In this document: positions 14,328 to 26,708 of the stretch, piece after piece
How the letters are laid out: each line of letters begins with the position of its first letter
Position numbering within the stretch: the stretch's first letter is position 1
DNA from: Paramecium tetraurelia
Taxonomy: Eukaryota
Direction: 5' to 3'
DNA length: 64,000 nt
Assembly: GCA_000165425.1 (NCBI GenBank)
Contig: CT868174.1
Coordinates: 62,001-126,000, forward strand
Made by a program: the position numbers and the translations under genes
The notes under the pieces: model-generated
Databases searched by the model: none
What the model saw: only the letters and a program-made list of their open reading frames with translations
Told to the model about the DNA's origin: nothing

Positions 14328-15510
14328 ATGGAAATTAATATTAATGTGGGGACATATGATGGCAAACTATTAGGGTTCTCATTGAATGATGAATTCTCAG
14401 CGAATAACACTCTCTACTCATTTCCAGCCTCCACAGTACATATACTTTATTATTTGAGTCATTAATCAAAACAACCTATCAGAATGGACGATATCTGTTC
14501 ATTGGAGGTTCTGAGGAGTTGATCAAGGTTTATGATGTTAGAAGGAGAGTTGAAGTTACCTTATTAGAACAGCATAATGGAACAATAACTTAGATAGCAG
14601 GCCATTCGAATTTTCTATTCACAGCAGCTGAAGATGGAAAAGTAAATTTGTGGAGAAATAAACAATGGGCAATTCTGAATACATTCCAATGTGGAAGTCC
14701 TGTTATATGCATAGCAATTCATGAATCCGGAAAGATCTTAGCATGTGCAACCAAAGATCAGAAATTGCATCTCTATAATTTGATGAATTTAAAAAGGATA
14801 GCATTAAAGAAATTTCATTTTAGTACTTATTTTCCATAACCTTTAGATATTGACAAAATTCACTTCATTTCAAAGGAAGACGAAATCTAATACTTATTAT
14901 TTCAATCCGACAGAAAGTGCTATATTGTCGATTGCGAAACCAACAAGGTTGCTCATACTATAGATTTTACAGCATAGATAACAGATTCGATACTAAATCA
15001 AAATTCACTTATCCTTTCAGGTATTTAATGGAGAATATTCTAGATGCAAATGGAATAGTGTATATGATAAAATTGACAGTCGACAATTAGATATAGAGTC
15101 AGATTCTGGTGAAGTTTGTTGCTCATTAGAAAAGGATCAAGTAATTGTAACTATTTGATTTGAACGATCAAACATATTTGGCATCTATTTCTTCTGACGG
15201 TGACATCAAAATTTGGGATTGCTTATTATATGCCAATGAATAATATGATGACATTGATCTCAAGAATAAGTTAAAACCAATTTATGTAATTCGAACAAAT
15301 TAGAGATTAACATGTTTCTGTGTGAGTGTTGTTTAGAGGAGAGGAGCAGATCAAGAATAAGAATAGACCTAGGTTTAGAAACCTGTTGTGGTTCCTATTG
15401 CTAAGTAAATCAAAAAGCAGCTAGTTAATAAGAAGCCAAAGTAGATTTAGTAGAAAACAGGTGTGTAGAAAGTGCAGAAGAAGATTCAAAAGAAGAAAGT
15501 TAATGGTTGA
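14328..15510 (+). CDS. WD40 protein, PAK1IP1/MAK11-like 60S biogenesis factor
   Basis: MEININVGTYDGKLLG start (typical GxYE-like N-terminus), GGSEELIKVYDV, ILACATKDQKLHLYNL, LASISSDGDIKIWD, RLTCF, and a Lys-rich tail. Confidence 0.8.
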
Positions 15511-15547
15511 TCTTTTTGTATATTAGTAATTAGTATTAAGTTATATA

Positions 15548-15985
15548 ATGAACCCTATATTATAAAGTGTTTTGAATTCTCCTTAATACTCTCGGTCAAT
15601 CCCGAAAAAGCAACATCAATTTGCTAGCATCTATAGAGTACCCACTAAGTACAAGGCAAAGTCATGGAAACCCTAAATAGAGAGAGAGAAATCTGAAGAC
15701 AATCTGGTTGATTAATTGAGGCCAAATATCAGAATCAGACTACCTTCATTGCAACATTAGGATTCGAGTGGATCTCATTAATAAATGATCCCTAGGGAAT
15801 CAGAGAAAGAGAAGAAAATAGAAATTACTACGAAAGTGATGTATTACTTGAGCAGAATGACAGGACCTGAAAATGCTTCGAAGTCAAAGAAATATAGGGA
15901 GAAGGAGATCCAATCTCGATTGATGCCAGGAGTGAATTCATATGATGGACTTTATGATGAAATGTATGAAGATGATGATAATTGA
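15548..15985 (+). CDS. Small hypothetical protein
   Basis: MNPILQSVLNSPQYSRSIPKK... joined through an intron to the ORF-track fragment ending MYEDDDN-TGA. Confidence 0.5.
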
Positions 15986-16016
15986 TACTCAAACTTATAA
16001 TTTATATAAATAATCT

Positions 16017-16935
16017 ATGGGAGGTCATGGAGGGTTGAATATTCTCCCCTAAAAGAAGTGGAATGTGTACAATATGGAGAATAGGAACATCGTTGAGAGG
16101 GATAAGAGAAAGGAGAGGGAGAGAGTTTAAAAGGAAAAAAGGAAAGAACATAAAGAGTAGGCAGGAAATAGAATTTAAAAGCTGAAGTAATAGAGAAGAG
16201 CTGCTTCTCACACTCCAAGTAGAAGTGTTAGTGAAAGTCAAAGCAGAAGCAGAAGTAGAAGTCAAAGTTAAAAGAAATAAGGTTCATCCAAAGTTAGTAA
16301 GATTTAATTGTGATAATCTAGATGCTGAATTGAGAGAAATTTTGGAGGCCAAATAACATATAAACTTATTTAAAGAAGAAGAATAATATTTGTTATAGAA
16401 AGAGAACAACTAAGCTAAAATAGAATTGGAGAAGGAGTTCTTTAAAGACAAACCATTTGATTTGAGTACCAAATTTTTGGGATAATATGATTAAACAAAA
16501 CCATGGTATATTTAACAAAGGTAAGATCAAAAACAAACCTAATTGCAACAAAATGTTAAGCAATAGTTGAAAAATTTCAAAGAAAAAAAAGATAATTATT
16601 ATCAGATTTTAGATTTGAGCAAGAAATACTAAGAGGAAACTCTCGTTTCATAAATAGATGCTAAGAAGGAAGAAACAATAAAGGATAAAAAGGAAGAAGA
16701 AAATGACCCAGCTTATATCAAAGAAATGAAGAAAAAATAGAAGAAATATCAAAAACTTGGAGAATAAATCAGAGAATTATTAGGCAGTGATGATTCAGAG
16801 ATAGAAAAAATAAGATAAAAATAAAAATAACGTGAAAGAGAAAAATTAAAAAAAGAGAGATTACAAAGAGAAAAGGTAGAAAGATCGAGAGAGTAAAAGC
16901 TACTCTCCTCTATATATGAATTTAAATAAAAATGA
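16017..16935 (+). CDS. Cir_N-domain protein, LENG1-like
   Basis: MGGHGGLNILPQKKWNVYNMENRNIVERD matches the CIR/LENG1 N-terminal motif; also an RS-rich patch, a KPWY motif and a charged C-terminus. Confidence 0.75.
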
Positions 16936-16973
16936 AATTTAAGTATTTATTATCAATTTATCAATTTACCAAT

Positions 16974-18471
16974 TCATCCATTAATTCCACTCCTTCCATC
17001 ACATCAAAGTCGTCATTTTAAACTGCATATTTTGGATCATATGGTTGTTTTTATTACTTTTTTCTTAGGTGATACTATTGTAGATTTGACACCAAAGGTA
17101 CACAATTACCATTGCAATCATACCCTGTTCCATGAGAACGAGTTATCAACCAAGTTAGTCCTGGAATACGAAACACCAAAAAAGGAAAACTCAATAATCC
17201 ATATACGGTTTTGGCCAAATACATGGTTGACCTATATTGCCAAAGCTTTCTCTCTCCATCGGAGACAGACAAACCTAAAAACAAGGCCACACACCCAAAA
17301 AAACAAATTAAATCGTAAAGCATAAAGCAATATAATCTTCCTCCTCTATTATTAAATGAACAACATAAACAACATGATTGCTTTGAGAGTTTCTTATTAT
17401 TGACTTATTATTAAGATTCTTACACATGCTTAAATCTTACCTGACCCTTAATTTTTGAACATTTCAACAATATAATTGCTAACCAAACCAACAGCAATTG
17501 AAGTAAAAAACCTGCAATATCAGACCAAAAACTTAAAAATATTGCAGGACCATCATCTTTGCAATCTTTATAACTTTTATCTACAGATGAAACTACAGCA
17601 CATGAATAGAATGTGAAATATCCTACCATAGTTCCTATCACTACATTAAATATTTCTTACATCCGATAGATATAAATTACATGCTTTTAAAGGCTAATAT
17701 GAATCGAATCAATTAATATTCATCCTCTTTGTCAATGAACAAAAATACAAAAACATAAATAAATGCTTGTATCTAATTATTTTATTGAATTCATTACTCC
17801 ATAAAAGGGTATTAATTGAACTATGAAGATCAGCCACCAAGAATACCAATGTAATTGCTCAAAAATTGATTTATCAAAAGGTTGTGTAACATATAAATAC
17901 CATACCTTGAACCAAAACCAAGGGTATTAAATACAACATAACTTCGGTTTTGGAAATTCCACTAACTCATAAGGATCTGCATATTTCACTCTTATTTGTA
18001 ATAAAATTTCTTCTTTGATATCTGGCCACACCTCTTCGAATACATCTTCAATGAGTTTGGATAGACAATCACACTAAAGTTATCTCTTTCAAATTGTTAC
18101 CATATACGGATCAAGAATACTTTCTAGAAGAATGGGTTTTGTCTTCTCCAACACTCTGATTATTGCCATTTCTATTTTTTATTTAATCCATAAATTCATT
18201 TTTGCTTTCTATTCATGTAAAACACTCTACGCCTTCTAATCCAATTTATCATAACCCTCTTTCAGTTCCTACTTCAGGTTCTCTAATTCTTTTCCAACTT
18301 TTATTACAACTTCCTTCCAAATAGAACACTAAATACATTGCTCATTATCTCTTGGATTTTTTCATTCGCCATCGTTTTTACTTAATCTAAAGGCGTCGTT
18401 TTTTTTTCAATAGCAGTTCTATTCCATAATCCGAAAGGCTATTATTCTGGATTATTATTATCATTATTCAT
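16974..18471 (-). CDS. Multi-pass membrane protein, function unknown
   Basis: Code-6 frame MNNDNNNPEQQPFGLWNR...; the ORF-track hydrophobic fragments 17075-17323 and 17420-17641 are in this gene; ends EGVELIG-TGA. Confidence 0.7.
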
Positions 18472-18755
18472 AATTTATAATTACAAATCTTAAATTATTT
18501 CTATTTCTTGCCTTCTCGAATTTGAGAGTGTATTGATAAAATCCAAAAGATAGTATTAAAACGAGAAAGATATTTGAAACTTAAACGATTCATAAAATAA
18601 AATAGATATATCTAAGCAACCTATAGATCATCTGGTTAATACAACAAAAAGGGGTAAATTTCATGAACTTTTAACCTTAAATTCAAAAATAGCAAAAGAA
18701 TATAGAACTTAATAAATAAACATATTAACAAATTATATTATATAAATAATTTTTC

Positions 18756-21252
18756 TCATATTATCTAAAACATTGAGTTAAAATAATTGATTATTTTTGT
18801 CGCAAGTACCTAATATTATTGAGTTTACTCCTTCTTAATTCCTACGTAAATAACAATCTTATTTTAAGGAATAAGCTCAAATTTAATTAATCCTTTCAAT
18901 TAAGAGCCTAATATCTTAAATTTTGCTCCATATTTTATTTCATCAATTCCTTATAAATATGACTTAAGTTTGTCTTCATTGATTAGAATTAATTTTGTGC
19001 TGATATTTGTAATGCTTTAATAAGATGGTAAAACCAAAAGATTATAACAGAATTTTTTTGATCTGAAGATAGAAAGTTACTTCCAATATGCTTTAAAATC
19101 ATCCTAAGTTATCTGTGAAAATTCAATGAAACTTTATATTGGCATAGGAAGAAACAGTTATTACACTTTTCCTCTAAAGTAATAATAATTTTTACTTATA
19201 TTTTATTTCCAGAACAGGGAGTTCTGAGATATCTTCACAATCATCATTGATTTAATACTCAAGTAGGTATTATTTTTATTATTATTAAGATGATGTTTCT
19301 AGAGTAACATTAAAATCTTTTTAGGAAGATGAAAAATACTTTAACATTTTTTGTAAATTTAAAAATTTTCCTGATAAATTGATAGTTTATTCATCAGTTT
19401 TGAAATAAACTCCAAATTTAACTTAGTTTTATTCCCCTTATTTTTAAACCTATTTTATAATTGCCACAAAAATTGAGGGTTTATCAATGAAGTAATATGT
19501 AGTTCTATTAATGTGGAACATTTAAGAGAGACATTAATTTTTTTGAGACAAATCTTTCAACTGGCTAATTAAATTTTTAAAAACAACTTCTTAACCTTTA
19601 TTTTATTTATTTTGTGCTTTAGAATAATATTCCTCTGCTGTTTAATGAGGATAGATATCCGACGGATTAACTTTCTCTACTTCAATAGGTTTTGGTCTTG
19701 TAAACAAACTAATTAAATCTTCATTAAATTAAAATCGCGGATTAAAAAATTATTGATTTTACTATGCCTCAGGAAAGAAGAAATTCTAATATTAAGTAGG
19801 TTTTCTTTCTTGGATTAATATTTTGGCAGAATTAGAATTAGTTCTGGCTGGAGATATTTACTTTAATTAATCTAATTATGATTGTAATTCTTTAATCTTA
19901 TTTTCCGAAACTTGTAATTTTTATTATGCGTTTAACAATTATTCTTCAAGTTTCTAATTCCTCTTTTATTACTCTTATTAATAAAATTAGTAAGATCCAT
20001 TTTCTCCTTCAAGTAATTCAATATTTTTTTTTAAGTTCTCAATATTTTATTATAATTTTGATATCAGTTATTCTTAATCCTAATTTCTTGATAAAGCTAT
20101 ATCCTAGTTCAACTTCTCTCTTGCTTTTAATTATAACTTCAATTAGTTAATATTTTAAGCTTATTCTAAACAAGTAAATTTTTGTTCTTTGATTTCTGCT
20201 TCTTTTTTCTCCAATTCCTTCTTGAGATTCATGTTGTCTATTTATTGTTCATTGAGCTAATTTAAACAATATTAATTATTTTAAATTTATCTTCCATTCC
20301 CTTATTTTTCTAATTTCTCAGTCAAAATAGAATTATTTTTTTCAAGTTCTTAAATCTATTTTTAAAGCTCTTATATTTAAGATTCTAGATTTAATTTCTC
20401 TAATTATTCGTTTAAGTATTATTATCCATTCAATTTATTATTCCTTAGTTCACTTTCCAATTATTTCAATTTCTATTGATTGTATTCAAAGTCTTTCTTA
20501 TATTTTTCTTCTTTTTTTTATAATTCTTCTATTTATCCCTTTAATATTGGCTGCATGTTTTAGAAATATTATAATTATTCTTACAGTTCAAATATTTTCA
20601 AGTTGTTCTATTACTATTGATCAGTTAATTCTATTTCATGTAATTATTTCATCGCCATAATTTATTATTATAGATCTTTCAATATTTCTAATTTTTGGTT
20701 ATTGTAATTATTTTTTATTGACTATTGCTCTTTAAAGTAGTTAGCTTAAGGAAATTTTATTCCTTTATTAAGAAGATTTTGATAAGTTTAATAGAATAAT
20801 GTTGGAGTGATTCCATCATTTTTTTTAGGATATAGTCTCGCCCAATTTTCAATACTCTCTAAAATCAAATGGAAGAAGCTCTTCCCAAAATTCATATCGC
20901 TGCCACTCTTGTTAAAAAACTAAGATGCTTTGTCAGCCAGTCTCACATTCAACGTATCTTCTGCCAATTATTCATAAGACTTCAGACAAACATTTTGAAA
21001 GACTGTTAAAAAGTCTAGGTTCTGTTTTTCTATTGCTTCTTTTGCCATTCGAGCTGCTTGAAAACATTGAATTGGTTCTTACTCAAAAAAAACAGATATA
21101 ATAGCTTGGCAAATGGGTTCATAAAATTTTCTAGATTATTGGATTACTTACTGATCTTTTTCCTTTATTTTATCGAGGTATGGTTAGATTTATGAATAAG
21201 TGCTCTCTGATTTCAATAAAAGACACACATTATCTTGAATAGGTTGATTCAT
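18756..21252 (-). CDS. VHS-like + coiled-coil + alpha-adaptin appendage-like protein (putative trafficking adaptor)
   Basis: N-terminal FFHLILESIENWARLY...LFYQTYQNLLNKGIKFP (VHS C-terminal signature), a long Q/E/K coiled coil, and C-terminal PVLEIKY..QLFLPMPIQSFIEFSQITQDDFKAYWKQL (AP-2 alpha appendage-like). Confidence 0.7.
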
Positions 21253-21381
21253 TTATAAATAATATTAAAATATTAAAATATTCAAATACTGAAATTCTAT
21301 TTAGGATCTTGAAATTAGGTATTGAAATGACTACAAAAATTATAAATGAAAACATGTGAAGATCTCAATAAAAATAAAAAT

Positions 21382-22169
21382 TCATCTTGAAACATTAATA
21401 ACTATTGGGACAATAATATAAAGCAGCCCGGCTAAAATGATAAGACCAAAAAGAATCTTTAGTTTCATGTTCCTCCAATACATTATTTTAGCAAGTTCAG
21501 TTGATGATTTTTTGAGCTTTATCGATTCATTTTTGAGGGTTATAGCTTTTTCATCTAAATTCTATGAGTAATTTTGCAAAATGTACATCAAGTTTTGAGC
21601 TATTCTATATCATATTGTTTATGTTTTCTTCCATAACAATTTTCACCTCATCAACTTATTATTATGCTGCGTAAACCTTAATAAGTAAGAGTGAATATAA
21701 TACTTTGTCTACTCCAGCCAAATTATCGTATTTTTCATGTAATTATTTCATCCAGGTTTTTGCATATTTCTAAATATCATTAGGTTAAGAATCAACATAG
21801 TTAGGCTTTTTCTATAATTCTGTTTCTATTTCCTTAAAATTATTAAGATATCTTACTTGTATCATAGCATATATTTGTCTATCTGGATAGTTCTCTATAG
21901 CAAGCACTAATGTAAATACAATGATTTACACACATAAGCAATTTTGTTATTATCAAGTTTATAACGCCAAATTCCATTTGCTGTTTTTAGAGTAACTCGT
22001 TCTTCAGCTCTTGGATTTATTTATGACATATGATCTAAAATAATTTAAAAATCTTAGTCAATCTACATAAGTCTTAATCTCATTTTACTTTCTTTTAATT
22101 ATATGACTTGGAGAAGAGCAATTGATGGTCTGTTACTCTAATGATTAGGACTGCTTTAATAGATGTCAT
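21382..22169 (-). CDS. Longin-type R-SNARE (synaptobrevin/VAMP7-like)
   Basis: Longin-like N-terminus, SNARE motif QQQVDEVKIVMEENINNMIE...LDEKAITLK, YWRNMKLK, and a C-terminal transmembrane helix. Confidence 0.85.
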
Positions 22170-22261
22170 GAATGATAGTTATAAATATAGTATAAATTAT
22201 TATGATATATAAAATCTAAACATTCTATTTAAATATAATCGATTTTTTTTTTAACTGATAA

Positions 22262-22980
22262 ATGCTAAAAATTGAGGAATATGTTTGCAATTTAAAAGAA
22301 TCTAAAACACTATTCAATGATAATCTAAGAATTGATACACATCAGTCATCGGAGTCTTATGATAATACATAATTGTATTATAATTTGGTATTTACATTAG
22401 CCAGAATCCAATCTATAATATTGTGCCACCTGAATATTTTTAAAGTGTAACAGAAAATAAGTACTCAAATATCTTTAGTTCCTACATTCAATCCCCAAAA
22501 CATGAAGAGCTTTAATCAACTATAAAATAAGCACCTAAAAAAAGAACTTTTTCATTTGCTGAATCGTAACAGCAAAACAAGGATCCTGCATGTAATATTT
22601 CAGCAGATTTTGGATTAAATACATAAATACCAGTTAAAGGGGATTCGAAAAATTACTCTAAATTTAGTTAAGGGAGTAATTTAAACTATATTGAAACTCC
22701 TAATAAAGAGAAATGGTAATCGCAAGACTCAATGTTGGTTTTGAATAATAGCATACCTTAATCAAAACTTAGTTCTCCATAGAAGAAGTATGTTAAAGTC
22801 TAGAAATTTCAAAACACAAATTATAGTTTCGATGCAAAACAAACTTAAACAACTCAAGTCACAAATATTAGTTTAAAAGACAATAGAGAATTTGAATAGA
22901 TATTTAAGGAATGCTAAAATAATTTTGAAAAGAATAAGGCACGAAAAACAGAAGAATATATAGCCTGTAATATATAATGA
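22262..22980 (+). CDS. Hypothetical protein
   Basis: MLKIEEYVCNLKESK...; the frame stays open to TGA with one inferred 26-nt intron. Confidence 0.55.
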
Positions 22981-23296
22981 AACAGCCTATATATATATAT
23001 AATTATTCAAAAGTTACTATTGTTAAAATTTATAAATAAATGAAAGAACCATTTCACCTTATCTTTTTAATAAATATTTGAGAATGCAAACATCGACATT
23101 CATTTATAATGAAATTATTTTACTAATTCTCTTATTTACAAATAATTCTTATATCCTATTCTTAGGTTACGTAATTATTTAATAAGACTAATGATTACCT
23201 ATAATTGAAAGCTAAATATACAAAGAAATCATTTAAATAATAATTGAGTAGTATAGTTGTCTAATTTAATTAGAATAATATTTATCATAATATTAA

Positions 23297-25601
23297 TCAT
23301 GCTTTATAAATATACGTGTCTAATTACCCTTCCTGTCTTATTAAGTATTCCTTTTATATCAAATTCTCTATACATTCCTTAAAGAAAGGAATTTCAATAG
23401 GAAAATGTCTAGTTTTTGCGTCTTTGTCAATATATTTAAATAGATCTTTGTGATCTAATTACTTTTTTGTTTTGAGAACTCTAACAATCAATGATTCCAA
23501 ATACACTCTTCTATCTAGTGCTATTTCTTTCTAATCTATTTTGTATTCCTAATATTTATTTTTGGATTTCTAATTGAAAAGTAAAGCTTGTTTTTTTGGT
23601 TAGACCTTAATTTTGTAACTTCGATGTTAGAATTTGTAATTTAATTATAATGAATTATCTTCTTAATTTTAGATTAATAATTTAAACTATAGAAGATTTT
23701 CCAATTCTGATTACATGACTTCTTAATCAGTATTGGTTAATTTTATCAGTTCATCCAATTTATATATGCGTTATTTATTGAAATGCATCAAAATGGTTGC
23801 TTATAAGACAGAACAAACAAAATCTTTCTTACAATTTAGATCAAAAGTTGCTTTAAGAGAAACAGAGCCTAATCCATAATTAAATGCCAATTTCCTCTTT
23901 TGATTCTTGCTCTAATAATATGAGGTGAATTGCTGTTGCCATTACAACAATTCATTATGTACTATGATTGGTTAATAATCAGCTATTGGCCATTATTCAG
24001 ATGTAAGAACTAATACATCTAAGTCTATCAATTCTCTTTAACTTTATGACAATTTTTGTCTGAACTTTTAACTTTCCTCATTGCTTCTCTATAAATCACT
24101 AAACATGGTTTCCATCTTATGAGTCAAGACAGAGCCACATTCCAATTTAAGTTTCTTAAGTAAATCATGTTCTACTTCGGAAGAACTGGATGCTTAATCT
24201 AAAAGTCTAACACATAGATGTCTTCTATATATCTATTCAAATTCATCCTTCGATTACACTAATTTAAATATCAAAAATCCCTTTTCTATTTATACTCTCT
24301 TTTCGTCATCTCTCAAGGACTCCATTCTCATTATATAATCAAAATATTTATTCAATTCGAACATAATAAAATTGTCTTTATTAATGACCTACTCAAAAGC
24401 ATCTAATAATATTTAAATTATGAAAAATACCTTTTATGGCTTTGTGAAATTTATATTAATGCTAATTGTTTCCAAATTAAGCAATTTTATCATACATAGA
24501 GAATATCTTCTCATATAATTTGATGAATCCTTATAGAGTATTATCATTCTGATTGAGTAATTATAAATCGTCTATGATAATTTAAGTCAATGTTTTAATA
24601 AACTGATCAAATTCTTCACTTTTGACAAATAATTAAAAAATCTTAATGAAAATAGTAGTCTTATCATTTTCAATAAAATCTTAGAGTCCTTAAGATATGT
24701 ATTACGAATTGGAGGTGATATAATTTTTGATGAAACTATCCAAAACCTTTTAGTGGGAAATTTTAGGTATACAACTTTAGACTCTTTCGACTTCATTCTA
24801 ATATCTTTTCTCGACAAAAAGGATGTATTCTTCAATAGTCATTTTATTTAGATTTAATTGGCTTTCTTCTTTGAAATAGCGGGTAGAATCTTAAATAAGT
24901 TTGCGTTCTAGAAAGTACTTATAGAAGTCATCATTGTTTCTATATTCAATAGTGTAACTGTAGTCCTTGCTCTTAATCTGTTGTTCTTGATTGATGTCAA
25001 TCTAGAGTAATGTGAAAATTATTACAAGTATTTATAATGCATTTTTTAAATTAAAAAGTTCGATAACTTGAGAATTTCGATGATTGCGAATTTGAGCAAG
25101 AAAACAATTGAGTAATTTTGAAGCTAGATTTTGGTCTTTCTCAAAACATTTAGTTTTAAAACTTTCATTGCAAATGATTTTGATAGTCTTTAGAGATTTT
25201 TAAATTATATATGATTTTTCCTATTGCATAAATAAGGGGGATTTACCATGTAAAGTAGAATGCCAGCCAATAATTTGCTAAAATATTGAACCTCTTCGTA
25301 GGCCTTAACGAAGTCATTCAATAATTAATCATCATTGCTAATGTTGAGGGGATGGATGAGTTTATCCACAATGTTATGAATAGAAACTTGTAGTTGAGTA
25401 TAGGCGAAATCTCCAAACTTATTGAGAATCAATTTGTAGGCATGATTATACAATTCTTAGAAGGATAGTTGCTTGGCTATAAACCTCAATCTATTAATTT
25501 ATACTTTGATGTTCAGCAATGAGATAACATGCATCATCAAGATATTTCCAGAGAGTTTTTGCTTCTTCAGGAGATAAGTTCTCTTAAATAATTTTCTTCA
25601 T
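23297..25601 (-). CDS. Cullin, CUL3-like
   Basis: LSFQELYNHAYKLILNKFG (CUL3-type N-terminus), KDEFEQIYRRHLCVRLL, KLKLECGSVLTHKMETMFSD, and neddylation motif ESLIVRVLK with a winged-helix C-terminus. Confidence 0.9.
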
Positions 25602-25641
25602 GCAAATTTAAATAAAAAAATGTTTGATAATTAGTATATTT

Positions 25642-25666
25642 ATCAATCAATCAATCAATCAATCAA
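25642..25666. repeat. (ATCA)6 microsatellite
   Basis: atcaatcaatcaatcaatcaatcaa read directly; it overlaps the stop codon of the deoxynucleoside kinase gene. Confidence 0.9.
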
Positions 25667-26395
25667 AGTAGATATTTCATCAATTAATTATCTGCGAACA
25701 GCCTCTTTAATATCTAAATCCTTAACATAATTTTTGGTAGCATCAATATTGATGATTTTGAATTTATTATTGTTATCAGAGAGCCAATCCTCATGTCTTT
25801 AATGTAACTTCTTCAAGTAATCAAGTGGCACACAGGCCTCCTCTTGTCTGCCTCTACGAGTTAAACGTTCCAAACATGTTTCAGGAGGAGTGTTAACATA
25901 AATGACACAATCCACCAAATATTACTTGTAGTGTTCCATTAGCCACTCATAAAACTCTTCGTATATGTGATATTCAAGATCATTAATTGTTCCATCATTG
26001 TAACACAATTTGAAAAATAATTCTCTAGCACTCTCAATGCTTCTCTCTGTAAACACAAGGATGGGTTCATCATCAGCGTTTGTGGATGGAGAAGAAAATT
26101 GATTATCAATTTGTTGCAATTTTTGCTCTTTGGCTACTGCTCTTAATTGTCTGTCCCAAGCCATTAATCTAGATTGGTAGGCATAAATTTAAAAAGTGAA
26201 ACCCCAACGTTGAATGTCTGAGTAGTACTTCTCCAGGATGTTTAGGTTGGGGTTACCGTGCACCTTTTACCACTATTCCAAAGGCTCCATTAGGAAGATG
26301 GCCTTTGGGAATTCCTATCTCAAAATCTCAAATAAGGTTGATTTGCCTGCACCAACATTTCCTTCCAGGGAGACAATTATAAACTTCTTATCCAT
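25655..26395 (-). CDS. Deoxynucleoside kinase (dNK family)
   Basis: IIVSLEGNVGAGKSTL P-loop, EPLEQW, RWGFTFQ, FTERS, and IYVNTPPETCLERLTRRGRQEEACVPLDYLKKLH lid motif. Confidence 0.92.
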
Positions 26396-26708
26396 TTTAT
26401 TTATTGAATTTCAAAATTACCCTCACTTTCTTTTTTAGGATAAATAAATACGCGCTATTATGGGCAATTTAAATTAAATATTCATTCTAATTATTTCTGA
26501 TAATTGATCGACTATTTATTAATCTAATTATTGATACCATTAAAATTAATTGCATACTAAATGGGACACAATAGAATAACTATTTCGATTTATATTTTAA
26601 TCTAACTTTCTATAATACACAACAATTCGATATTTTAATTATGCACATAAAAAATCATTTATCTATTATATTAGTGAGTTCATTTAAATCCCTTCGCAAT
26701 AATTTAAT

